17,424 nt of DNA from Gemmatimonadota bacterium (GTDB taxonomy: Bacteria; Gemmatimonadota; Gemmatimonadetes; Longimicrobiales; RSA9), in contig JBBDRO010000102.1 in the NCBI GenBank assembly GCA_040905425.1, forward strand, positions 1 through 17,424, in the 5' to 3' direction. Each line of letters begins with the position of its first letter. Position 1 is the stretch's first letter. Below are positions 8,165 through 17,424 of the stretch, one piece after another. Under the pieces are notes generated by a model that saw only the letters and a program-made list of their open reading frames with translations, was not told the DNA's origin and did no database searches. The position numbers and the translations under genes were made by a program.

Positions 8165-9053
8165 TGGCCACCGCCGCGCAGGGTGCCGCGGGCACCATCT
8201 ACGATATCGGCTACCAGCACTACGACGGGCCGCGGCTCGGCCGCCCGTACGCCATCCGCTCCCTCTTGCTGCACGGGATCGGCGTGGTGTTCGGGGTGGG
8301 ACGGGGACCGCGCGCGCGGCTGGTGCCGATCGTCCTCACCATCATTGCCATCCTGCCCGCCGTGATCCAGGCGGCGGTGACGGCGTACGCGGGCGAGGCC
8401 GTGCAGCTCGTGGGCTACGCCGACTACTTCGTACAGCTCTCCGTGATCTACGTGCTCTTCTGCGCCGCGCAGGCGCCGGAGCTGGTGAGCGCCGACCAGC
8501 GCAGCCGCTCGCTGGTGCTCTACCTGGCGCGGGCGCTGCGCCGCGATGACTACGTGCTTGCCAAGCTCTTCGCGCTGGCCGTGGGCGTGTTCGCCCTGGC
8601 GCTGGGCGCCCAGCTGGTGCTCTTCACCGGCCGCGTGCTGGGCTCGCTGAACGCCTGGGAAGCCCTGCGCTACGAAGCGCCGCAGCTGGCGCCCATCTTC
8701 GGCGTCTCGGCGCTGGTGTCCCTGGTGCTGGCCTCCCTCAGCGTGGCCATTGCCTCCCTGACCCCGCGGCGCGCGCTGGCCACGGCGGGCATCGTGGGTT
8801 TCTTCATCCTCTCCTCGGCCATGGCCGGCATCCTGCGCGAGGCCATCGAGGGCGCCTGGGACCGCTGGCTGACGCTGCTGAATCCCTTCATTGCGGTGGG
8901 CGGCGTGAGCAACTGGATCTTCGAGGCGGAGCCCGGCCCGAACAGCCCGCTGGCCCGCCTGGACCTGCCCGGCTGGGCCTACGCGGGCGCGTGCCTGACG
9001 TACATGGCCCTGGCCATGGGCATCCTGTGGGTGCGCTACCGGAGGATCGACGC

Positions 9054-9057
<4 letters not shown>
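8164..9057 (+). CDS. ABC-2 type transporter permease
   Basis: About six hydrophobic segments, N-terminal IYDIGYQHYDG, and LYLARALRRDDYVLAK loop. TGATG coupling to the upstream gene. Confidence 0.88.
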
Positions 9058-10039
<982 letters not shown>

Positions 10040-10043
<4 letters not shown>

Positions 10044-10795
10044 GCGGCAGCGTGGAGTGGACCGTGGCGCGGGTGACCTGGCGTCTCCTGCTGGGCCAGC
10101 GGCGGTGGATCCTGGCGCTGGTGGCCTCCCTGCTGCCGGTGCTGGTGGCCTGGCTGTTCGTCACCCAGGGCGGGGAGAGCAATCCGGTGCAGCAGGCCAA
10201 CTTTTTCGTGGGTCTCATGGCCATGCTGGTGCTCACGGCGCTGCTGCCGCTGGCCGGGCTGGTGCACGGCACGGCTGCCTTCGGTACCGAACTGGATGAC
10301 GGCACCCTGCGCTACATCCTGGCCAAACCCGTGGCGCGCTGGCGCCTGGTGGCCGCCAAGCTGGCCACGGCGGCGCTGGCCACGGTGGTGACCGTACTGC
10401 CGGGCGTGGTGGTGGCCGCGGTCATCATCTTCGGCACGCCGGACAACTGGCTCCTGCGGGGGTTCGCGGCGGCTGTGTTGGTAGGCAGCGTCCTGTACGC
10501 GGCCATCTTCCTGGTGCTCTCGCTGCTTACGCGGCGGGCGCTGCTCATCGGGCTGCTCTACGTGATCGCGTGGGAGGGAGCGCTCTCGCGCGCCTTCAGC
10601 GGCATGCGGTCGCTGAGCGTCCGCGAGTACGCCATGGCCATCGCGGAAGCGGCCGCGGGCGCGCCCGTGGGCGGCCCGCTGCAGGCCGGCCTGGAGAGCG
10701 GCACGGTGGTGTGGCTGGCGGTGGGCATGCTCACCCTGGCCACGGCGGGTGCCATTGCCCGGCTGCGGGTGCTGGAGGTGGCCGAGGAGGTCTGA
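10040..10795 (+). CDS. Second ABC-2 type transporter permease
   Basis: ELDDGTLRYILAKPVARW motif, about six TM segments, ATGA overlap. Confidence 0.9.
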
Positions 10796-10868
10796 GCGGC
10801 GGGAGGTGCCCTGGCCCCGCCCGAGCGCTATCTTGGGTGGCAGGGAGGGGATCGGGACGAGGGGAGGC

Positions 10869-10907
10869 TTGCCGGGATGCGCGCTATCAATAATAATTAT
10901 CGTTATG
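10869..10907 (+). promoter_or_regulatory. Probable promoter with overlapping Fur-family (Fur/PerR) operator
   Basis: TTGCCG (10869-10874), 17-bp spacer, AATAAT (10892-10897). 7-1-7 inverted repeat CAATAAT-A-ATTATCG (10888-10902). Reverse complement of 10889-10907 matches GATAATGATAATCATTATC at 15/19. It is an AT-rich island in GC-rich DNA. Confidence 0.7.
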
Positions 10908-12872
10908 TCTGATAACGACGCCCGCGCCCGCACCCTGCGGCTGGACTTCCTGCTCACCGCGCTCACGCTGGCCGGCACCGTGGCCGGCTTCGTGGCCGAG
11001 GCCCGCGGCAGCACGCCGGGCATGTGGCTCTGCTTCGGCACCGCCTTCCTGGCGGGCGGGGTGCCCGCGGCGCGTACGGCGCTGGTTGAGCTCGTGGCGG
11101 ACCGCAAGCTGGACGTGGACCTGCTCATGGTGGTGGCCGCGCTGGGCGCCGCGAGCGTGGGTGAGGCGGGCGACGGCGCCATCCTGCTCTTCCTCTTCTC
11201 CCTCTCCAACGCCCTCCAGGACTGGGCCTTCACCCGCACCCGGGACGCCATCCACGCCCTCATGGAACTCAGCCCGGAGGGCGCCACCGTGGAAGCGGCG
11301 GACGGCTCCCATGCCTTCCGGCCGCTGGAGGAGATCCGCCCGGGGGACGTGGTGCTGGTGCGGCCGGGCGAGCGCTTCCCCGCCGACGGCGCCATCCTGA
11401 GCGGCTACACGAGCGTGGACGAGAGCGCCCTCACCGGCGAGTCCACCCCCGTGGAGAAGGAGCCCGGCGCCGCGGTCTTCAGCGGCACCCTGAACGGCCA
11501 GGGCGTGGTGCGGGCGCGCGTGGAGCGGCCCGCCTCGGAGAGCACGCTGGCCCAGCTGGTCCGGCTCGTGGAGAAGGCCCAGGCGGAGAAGTCACCCACG
11601 GAGCAGTTCGCCGCCCGGCTGGAGGGGCCCTACTCCATGGTGGTGCTGGCCTCGGCGCCGCTGGTCTTTGCGGTGCTCTACTTCCTATTCCAGTTCACGC
11701 CGGGGGACGCCTGGTACCGGGCCATGACCTTCCTGGTGGTGGCCTCCCCGTGCGCGGTGGTCATCAGCACGCCCGCGGCGGTGCTCTCCGCCATGGCGGC
11801 GGGGGCGCGGGCGGGCACGCTCTTCAAGAGCGGCGCGGCGCTGGAGGCGCTGGCGGCCACCCGCATCGTGGCGCTGGACAAGACGGGCACCCTGACGCGC
11901 GGGCAGATGCGCCTGGTCGAGGTGCGCGCCTTTGACATGCCGGAGGCGGAGGCGCGCGCCCTGGCCGCGGGGCTCGAGCGGCACAGCGAGCACCCCATTG
12001 CCCGGGCTGTGGCCAGCGCGTGGTCCGGGCCGGCGCCCGAGGTGGCCGACGTGCAGGGCATCCGCGGCAAAGGCGTGCGCGGCCAGCTGGACGGGGCCAC
12101 GGTCTGGGCCGGCACGCGCCGCATGGCGGAGGAGGCGGACGCCCTGGTAACCGCCGAGCATGAGGCCGTGCTCACCGCCTGGGAGCGCGGGGGCATCACC
12201 ACCCTCCTGCTCGGCCGCGAGCGCCAGGTGCTGGCGGCGCTGGCCGTGGCCGACACGGAGCGGCCCGAGGCGGCGGAGGCGGTCCGTCTGCTGCGCGCCC
12301 GCGGGCTGCGCGTGGTCATGCTCTCCGGTGACCGCGCCGAGGTGGCCCGCCACATCGCCGCCGACCTGGGCATCGACGAGGTCATGGCGCCCTTGCTGCC
12401 CGAGGAAAAGCTCACCGCCATCGAGGCGCTGCGCCGCGAGGGCCGCGTGCTCATGGTCGGTGACGGCGTGAACGACGCCCCGGCCATGGCGGGCGCGGAC
12501 GTGGGCATGGCCATGGGCACCGGCTCGGACGTCTCCCTGGAGAGCGCGGACGTGGTGCTCATGAAGGATGACCTGCGCCGCATCGCCGGCGCCTGGGATC
12601 TGGCGCGCTCCGCCGCCGCCACCATCCGCTTCAACCTGAGCTTCGCGCTGGGCATCATCGTGGTGGTGGGCGTGCTGGCGCTGGCCGGCAAGGTGCCGCT
12701 GCCGCTGGGTGTGGTGGCCCACGAGGGTGGTACGCTCTTCGTGGTGGCGGTGGGCCTGCGGTTGTTGCTGCACCGGGTGGGACGCGGCGCGGACGAGGCG
12801 GGCCCGGCCGCGGGCGCCCGGGCCGAAGACGATGAGGCCACGGCGGCCGCCAGGGTGGCGGCGGCCGCCTGA
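10905..12872 (+). CDS. Heavy-metal P-type ATPase, P1B-4 subclass (Fe2+/Co2+/Zn2+ efflux; PfeT/ZosA/CoaT-like)
   Basis: TGES, SPC in the metal-site helix, DKTGTLT, SEHP, GDGVNDAP, and HEGGT in the last TM. No N-terminal CxxC domain. Start at ATG 10905. Confidence 0.93.
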   Translation: MSDNDARARTLRLDFLLTALTLAGTVAGFVAEARGSTPGMWLCFGTAFLAGGVPAARTALVELVADRKLDVDLLMVVAALGAASVGEAGDGAILLFLFSLSNALQDWAFTRTRDAIHALMELSPEGATVEAADGSHAFRPLEEIRPGDVVLVRPGERFPADGAILSGYTSVDESALTGESTPVEKEPGAAVFSGTLNGQGVVRARVERPASESTLAQLVRLVEKAQAEKSPTEQFAARLEGPYSMVVLASAPLVFAVLYFLFQFTPGDAWYRAMTFLVVASPCAVVISTPAAVLSAMAAGARAGTLFKSGAALEALAATRIVALDKTGTLTRGQMRLVEVRAFDMPEAEARALAAGLERHSEHPIARAVASAWSGPAPEVADVQGIRGKGVRGQLDGATVWAGTRRMAEEADALVTAEHEAVLTAWERGGITTLLLGRERQVLAALAVADTERPEAAEAVRLLRARGLRVVMLSGDRAEVARHIAADLGIDEVMAPLLPEEKLTAIEALRREGRVLMVGDGVNDAPAMAGADVGMAMGTGSDVSLESADVVLMKDDLRRIAGAWDLARSAAATIRFNLSFALGIIVVVGVLALAGKVPLPLGVVAHEGGTLFVVAVGLRLLLHRVGRGADEAGPAAGARAEDDEATAAARVAAAA

Positions 12873-12876
12873 TCCC

Positions 12877-12906
12877 TTGATCGCGCGGGGGCCCGCCCCC
12901 TACCTT
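12877..12906 (+). promoter_or_regulatory. Candidate sigma70 promoter for the M28 peptidase
   Basis: TTGATC (12877-12882), 18-bp spacer, TACCTT (12901-12906). Confidence 0.4.
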
Positions 12907-12954
12907 CCCTGCCCCCTCCCAGACGCTACGCGAACCGGAACATAGAGGACGCCC

Positions 12955-14646
12955 ATGAAGCGGTTGAAGATGGCGGCCGCCGCGCTGCTGGTAGGCGCGT
13001 GCGCCGGTGATGACACGGGCCGGAGCGGCGGGGACATCTCGCCCGAAGCCATGGCACCGGCGGTGGAGAGCATCAGCGCCGATGAGCTGATGACGCACAT
13101 TGCCGTGCTGGCGGATGATACCATGGAAGGAAGAGGCCCGGGGACGGTGGGTGAGGAACGGACCGCGGCTTACCTCACCTCGGTCTTCCAGCAACTGGGA
13201 CTCGCGCCCGGCAACCCGGACGGCAGCTGGGTCCAGGAGGTACCGCTCGTGGGCTTCACACAACAGCGGAGCGCCTCGGTGGAGGTGGGCGGCCAGACAC
13301 TCGAGCTGAGCTTCCCGAGCGACTACCTGGCCGACACCCGGCGCATGGCGCCGGAGGTGAGCGTGGAGGGCTCCGAGATGGTCTTCGTGGGCTATGGCGT
13401 GCGTGCTCCGGAGTACGACTGGGACGACTACAAGGGCATGGACATGACGGGCAAGACGCTCGTCATGCTCGTCAACGATCCGGCCATCCCCGACCCGAAC
13501 GATCCGGCCGCCCTGGACACCACCATGTTCAACGGCCACGCCATGACCTACTACGGGCGCTGGACCTACAAGTACGAGATCGCCTCGGAGGTGGGCGCGG
13601 CCGCGGCGCTGGTCATCCACGAGACGGGCCCCGCCGGCTATCCGTTCGAGGTGCTGAGCGGCGGTGCGGGGCAGGAGAGCTTCGACATCGAGCCCGCGGA
13701 CGGCAACGAAGACCTGGTGGCGGTGCAGGGCTGGCTGCCGGAGTCGTCGGCCCGCCGTATCCTGAGCGCCGCGGGCCACGACTTCGACCAGCTGAAGCAG
13801 GCCGCCCTCTCGCCGGACTTCGAGCCCGTGCCGCTGGGCGCCACGGCCGACTTCCAGATCAGCAATGAGACGCGGCGCGTGCTGTCCAAGAACGTCGTGG
13901 CCAGGGTGGCAGGAGGCGCCGCACCCGACGAGTACGTGGTGTACACGGCGCACTGGGACCATCTGGGCATGAACCCGGAGCTGGCCGGGGACCAGATCTA
14001 CAACGGCGCTCTGGACAACGCCTCCGGTACGGCGGGCATGCTGGAGATCGCCGAGGCGTTCACCCGCCTGGAGACGCCGCCGGACCGGTCGGTGCTCTTC
14101 CTGGCGGTGACGGCGGAGGAGAAGGGGCTGCTCGGCGCCAAGTACTACGCCGCCAATCCGCTCTACCCGCTGGAGAAGACCGTAGCCAACATCAACATGG
14201 ACGGCGTCAATCAGTGGGGCCGCACCGAGGACATCGTGGTGGTGGGGATGGGCAACTCCACGCTCGATGACGTGCTGGCGGAGGCCGTGGCGGGCCAGGG
14301 CCGCACCGTGGAGCCCGATGCCGAGCCGGAGAAGGGCTTCTTCTACCGCTCCGACCACTTCGAGTTCGCCAAGCAGGGCGTGCCCGCACTCTACACGGAC
14401 GCGGGCATCCGCTTCGTAGGCAAGCCTGCAGGGTACGGGCAACAGAAGCGGGACGAGTACACGGCCAACGACTATCACAAGCCCAGTGACGAGATCAAGG
14501 ATGACTGGGACCTGAGCGGCGCGGTGGAGGACCTGCGGCTGCTCTTCGAGGTCGGCTACCGCGTCTCCCAGACGCCGGCCTTCCCCGAGTGGAAGCCGGG
14601 CACCGAGTTCAAGGCCCGCCGGGACGAGATGCTCGGGGGCATGTAA
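12955..14646 (+). CDS. M28 family metallopeptidase with PA-like insert, lipoprotein
   Basis: Lipobox LVGAC. Motifs [50 protein letters not shown] and YHKPSD. Confidence 0.94.
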   Translation: MKRLKMAAAALLVGACAGDDTGRSGGDISPEAMAPAVESISADELMTHIAVLADDTMEGRGPGTVGEERTAAYLTSVFQQLGLAPGNPDGSWVQEVPLVGFTQQRSASVEVGGQTLELSFPSDYLADTRRMAPEVSVEGSEMVFVGYGVRAPEYDWDDYKGMDMTGKTLVMLVNDPAIPDPNDPAALDTTMFNGHAMTYYGRWTYKYEIASEVGAAAALVIHETGPAGYPFEVLSGGAGQESFDIEPADGNEDLVAVQGWLPESSARRILSAAGHDFDQLKQAALSPDFEPVPLGATADFQISNETRRVLSKNVVARVAGGAAPDEYVVYTAHWDHLGMNPELAGDQIYNGALDNASGTAGMLEIAEAFTRLETPPDRSVLFLAVTAEEKGLLGAKYYAANPLYPLEKTVANINMDGVNQWGRTEDIVVVGMGNSTLDDVLAEAVAGQGRTVEPDAEPEKGFFYRSDHFEFAKQGVPALYTDAGIRFVGKPAGYGQQKRDEYTANDYHKPSDEIKDDWDLSGAVEDLRLLFEVGYRVSQTPAFPEWKPGTEFKARRDEMLGGM

Positions 14647-14652
14647 AAGGCG

Positions 14653-14695
14653 CGCGTTCCGGCCGGCGGCGTACGCGTTCGCCGGCCGGGGCGCG
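14653..14695. terminator. GC-rich hairpin between convergent genes, possible bidirectional terminator
   Basis: CGCGTTCCGGCCGGCG (14653-14668) pairs with CGCCGGCCGGGGCGCG (14680-14695), including two G-U pairs. TTTT follows a few bases after the stem on the - strand (AAAA at 14645-14648). No + strand U-tract. Confidence 0.55.
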
Positions 14696-14712
14696 GGCGG
14701 GCCTCGTGTGCC

Positions 14713-15714
14713 TCAGAGCAGGAGCACCGTGAAGAGCACCACGCCCACCATCACCGCCACCAGCGCGGTACCGTAGCTCACCAGCAGGAAAAGCATGCGC
14801 ACGGCGGTCCCCGCGCGCGAACCCTGATAGACCCGGCGGAGCGCCACGAAGAGATAGAGCAGGATCAGCAGCACGGTGAGGCCGCCGATCCACTCGGCGT
14901 GGAACAGCGCCTCCGCCAGAGCGCTCAGGGTGAGCAGCTGAAAGCCCGCCGCGTGCACGTGGAGCGCGAAGACGAAGTGCTCCACGTAATACTGGCGCCG
15001 GTCCAGATAAGCGAAGCCGAGGAGCAGCGCGAAGGCCGGCACGAGCAGGAACACGCCCGTGGGGAGGCGGTTCCGGACGCCCTCACCGATGGCCCGGGCC
15101 GCCTCCTCGCGCTCCATCTCGTTCAGACGCAACAGGCGGCGCTTGCCCCACGCCACGATGGCGTTGTCATCTTTGTTGACCACCATGTAGAGCCATGTAT
15201 CATCTTCGGGCGCGGCATCCTCTCCGGACGCCGTCTCCTGTCCGGGCGCTGCCTCCTCTCCAGCCGGCGTCTCCTCCCCGGGCGCCGTCTCCTCCCCGGG
15301 CGCAGTCTCATGCTCATCGATCCGGACGCTGACGGGTGCACCCCGCTCGGAGTCGTCCCTCGACCCCATCTCGAACACACCGGTCTCGTCCACCAGGGCC
15401 AGGGTCACGAAGCACACGATGCTGGCCATGAGATAGAGTCGGAACGGCGGCACGTAGCGCACGATCCGCCCGCGCACGTACTCCTCGGTGAGTTTGCCCG
15501 GCTGGAGGAAGAGGGCAGCGAGCGTGCGCGGCAGCGCGGAATTCAGGGAGAGTTGATCGTCGAGCGCCTCCCGGAGCATGCTCCAGACGGATACGCGCAC
15601 GTCCACTTTGCGCTGCCCGCATGTGGGGCAGTAGAGGCCCGGCGCCGGATCCCCGCAGTTGGGGCACGGCTGCAGCGGCCTGGCGCGGGCAGGCATCCGG
15701 GTCGTGGACGTCAT
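14713..15714 (-). CDS. DUF3667 domain-containing membrane protein
   Basis: CPNCG...YCPTCGQ zinc ribbon, TL-x-x-LFLQPGKLT-x-EY-x-x-G-x-x-VRYVPPFRLYL, YYVEHFVFALH, and C-terminal TMs. Start at ATG 15714 or 15696. The open frame extends to 15921 through a RecQ remnant. Confidence 0.88.
   Translation of the reverse strand: MTSTTRMPARARPLQPCPNCGDPAPGLYCPTCGQRKVDVRVSVWSMLREALDDQLSLNSALPRTLAALFLQPGKLTEEYVRGRIVRYVPPFRLYLMASIVCFVTLALVDETGVFEMGSRDDSERGAPVSVRIDEHETAPGEETAPGEETPAGEEAAPGQETASGEDAAPEDDTWLYMVVNKDDNAIVAWGKRRLLRLNEMEREEAARAIGEGVRNRLPTGVFLLVPAFALLLGFAYLDRRQYYVEHFVFALHVHAAGFQLLTLSALAEALFHAEWIGGLTVLLILLYLFVALRRVYQGSRAGTAVRMLFLLVSYGTALVAVMVGVVLFTVLLL
15202..15309 (-). repeat. Six degenerate 18-bp in-frame repeats (ETAPGE-like) in the DUF3667 loop
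   Basis: Encodes ETAPGE ETAPGE ETPAGE EAAPGQ ETASGE DAAPED. Confidence 0.85.
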
Positions 15715-15732
15715 GGGACCAATATCGACGGT

Positions 15733-15906
15733 CCGCTCCGCTTTGCGATAGAGGATGCTGCACAGTGCGAGCTGGCCATCCCGACCCGCGCGGCCCGCTT
15801 CCTGATAGTCAGCCTCGGATGAGCCGGGATAGTCATTGTGGACCACATAACCTATATCCGAATTGTCTATCCCCGGGCCAAACTCACTGGTGGCGATGAC
15901 GCCCAG
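15733..15906 (-). pseudogene. recQ: Degenerate fragment of a RecQ-family helicase (motifs V-VI)
   Basis: VIATSEFGPGIDNSDIGYVVHNDYPGSSEADYQEAGRAGRDGQLALCSILY resembles the RecQ consensus VATNAFGMGIDKPDVRFVVH-x-D-x-P-x-S-x-E-x-YYQEAGRAGRDG-x-x-A-x-C-x-LLY. Conserved positions are substituted and there is an in-frame stop at 15937-15939. Confidence 0.8.
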
Positions 15907-16008
15907 ACGTTTCCTGGGCACACGGGGAGCGCCTGACTACGGACACAGCTGTTTATCTGTTGCGCCGGCCTTCGCCACCGATGAGTGGACCCACTGCGCT
16001 CGGAGGAC

Positions 16009-16031
16009 AATTGTACATCTTACTGTACATT
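16009..16031. promoter_or_regulatory. Paired TGTACA palindromes, 12 bp centre-to-centre (YefM/Axe-type operator-like)
   Basis: TGTACA at 16012-16017 and 16024-16029. A TACAAT -10-like hexamer overlaps on the - strand. Confidence 0.5.
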
Positions 16032-16032
16032 G

Positions 16033-16275
16033 CTAGAGGCCGGGATCTTCCACCGTGAATTCCCGCTCCCTGCCTGGCTCTTCCGGCATCAGGTACCACA
16101 GCGCCAGATACACCAGGATGCCCGGGAACCCGGTGGACAGGATGGACACGATCACGTACCCGATGCGTACCTTCCGCGGTGACCATCCCAGATGGCGGGC
16201 CAGGCCGCCCAGCACGCCGGCCAGCACCCGGTCCGTACGCGAGCGGGTCAGTTTATTGTCTTCCTTGTGGTCCAC
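16033..16275 (-). CDS. PspC domain-containing protein
   Basis: KLTRSRTDRVLAGVLGGLA, one TM ending YLALWYLMPEE. RBS AAAGGAG before the GTG. Confidence 0.92.
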   Translation of the reverse strand: MDHKEDNKLTRSRTDRVLAGVLGGLARHLGWSPRKVRIGYVIVSILSTGFPGILVYLALWYLMPEEPGREREFTVEDPGL

Positions 16276-16303
16276 GATCAGACTCCTTTCGTAGTAGGGC
16301 GGC

Positions 16304-17224
16304 TCACGCCATCAGCAGGAACCCCGCGCCGGCCACCCAGCAATATACCGCAAAGTACCAGAATTCCTGCCGCTTGAGCAGGGCCACGAAGAAGCGGATG
16401 GCCAGTATGCCGGCCAGCAGGGCCGCCACCGAGCCTAGCAGCAACGGCAGCGCGCCGACCAGACCGCCCCCCGCCGTCAGCTCCGGCAACTTCAGTACGG
16501 CCGCGCCCAGAATGGCCGGGATGCTCATCAGAAAGGAGAACTCCGCGGCGGCCACGGGGTCGATACGCCGCCAGAGGCCGGTCACCACCGTGCTGCCGGA
16601 GCGGCTGATCCCCGGCATGATGGCCATGGCCTGCGCCACGCCCATGAAGGCGGCGGCGCTCCAGCCGGGCGTCTCGGCCCATGCGGCGGGCGCGGTGCGG
16701 CGCGCCGTGCTCATGAGCAGCGCCTCGGCCGCCAGGACGGCCGTGAACGGCACGACGGTGCCGGCCAGGTAGCTCACGACCGCGGCCACCACGATGGGCA
16801 GGAATTCGAGCGCCCGGGAGCGCTGCTCACCGCGCGCCCAGCGCGTGCTCCACACGAAGCATCCGGTCACCAGGATCATGGTGCCGGCGTAGATCGGGTC
16901 TTCGAAGCGCGCCTCGAACCAATCCTCGAAGGTCAGACCGGCAACCGCGGCCGGCACCGTGGCCAGCGCGAGCAGGCCTACGTAGCGCCACGAATTCACG
17001 TCCCGGTGCACGAAGCAGCCCAGGAAGAGCCCCCACAGGCGCGCGCGATAGACCACCACCACGGACACGAGCGTGGCCACGTGCAGCGCCACGTCGAAGG
17101 CCACGCCGGGGATCGATAGGCCCAGCAGACTCTCGGAAAGGACCAGGTGGCCGGAACTGGACACGGGGAAGAACTCGGTCAGCCCCTGCACCACGCCCAG
17201 CACGACGGCTTCCCACCAGCTCAT
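16304..17224 (-). CDS. uppP: Undecaprenyl-diphosphate phosphatase (BacA family)
   Basis: QGLTEFFPVSSSGH, PGISRSGST and AAEFSFLMSIP motifs. RBS GGAGG. Confidence 0.95.
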   Translation of the reverse strand: MSWWEAVVLGVVQGLTEFFPVSSSGHLVLSESLLGLSIPGVAFDVALHVATLVSVVVVYRARLWGLFLGCFVHRDVNSWRYVGLLALATVPAAVAGLTFEDWFEARFEDPIYAGTMILVTGCFVWSTRWARGEQRSRALEFLPIVVAAVVSYLAGTVVPFTAVLAAEALLMSTARRTAPAAWAETPGWSAAAFMGVAQAMAIMPGISRSGSTVVTGLWRRIDPVAAAEFSFLMSIPAILGAAVLKLPELTAGGGLVGALPLLLGSVAALLAGILAIRFFVALLKRQEFWYFAVYCWVAGAGFLLMA

Positions 17225-17369
17225 GGACCTCCCTCGGCGGAACGCACGGCTCCCCTGCCTTGCGATGGTTCAGCGATTCACCCCGACCCCCGGGGGGGCG
17301 GACGCGGGGTTGCGCAAGGAAGGTACCGTTTCGGGAGCGTGGCGCGAGCGCGGGACGCCGGCCGCGGCG

Positions 17370-17397
17370 GCCGGACAGCCGGACAGCCGGACAGCCG
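17370..17397. repeat. 8-bp tandem repeat (CCGGACAG)x3
   Basis: Units at 17371, 17379 and 17387, flanked by partial copies. Confidence 0.85.
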
Positions 17398-17424
17398 AGC
17401 GGCCGGGCGGATGGCGGCGGCCGA

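Noticed and set aside
10749..10904. N-terminal extension of the P-type ATPase containing CGC (possible metal-binding domain)
   Set aside because: It overlaps the permease gene and runs through the promoter/operator (the IIII stretch is the AT-rich box). ATG 10905 is the better start.
12655..14478. Long antisense ORFs (also 4075-5634, 10025-11395, 11678-12841, 3092-4078)
   Set aside because: These are typical stop-poor shadow frames opposite well-supported genes in high-GC DNA.
14713..15921. Functional helicase-DUF3667 fusion protein
   Set aside because: Only about 58 aa of helicase with damaged conserved residues and no Walker motifs. Treated as a relic rather than an enzyme.
16009..16031. 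LexA/SOS box or CRP site
   Set aside because: Spacing and sequence do not fit the LexA or CRP consensus motifs I know. The paired TGTACA arrangement fits the YefM-type operator better.

Overview
GC-rich bacterial window. The gene content is compatible with Gemmatimonadota or a similar environmental lineage (inference only). The + strand carries: (1) the end of a tightly coupled glycoside-oxidation operon (GMC oxidoreductase, Tat-exported gluconate-2-dehydrogenase subunit 3, two Gfo/Idh/MocA oxidoreductases, DUF1080 lipoprotein); (2) with no gap, a three-gene module of a small 8-Cys zinc-binding protein and two divergent, translationally coupled Ku (NHEJ) genes, the second with an HeH/SAP-like tail, and no ligD in the window; (3) an intergenic region with a perfect 12-bp tandem repeat and a degenerate ~61-bp-period hairpin array; (4) a four-gene ABC-2 exporter; (5) a P1B-4 metal ATPase, probably leaderless, with a Fur/PerR-type box over its start; (6) an M28 lipoprotein peptidase. 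The - strand carries uppP/bacA with an extra hydrophobic insertion, a PspC-domain gene and a DUF3667 membrane protein. Between the last two lies a scar-like region with a decayed RecQ helicase fragment and a YefM/Axe-type TGTACA operator. All calls come from motif recognition; no database search was run.
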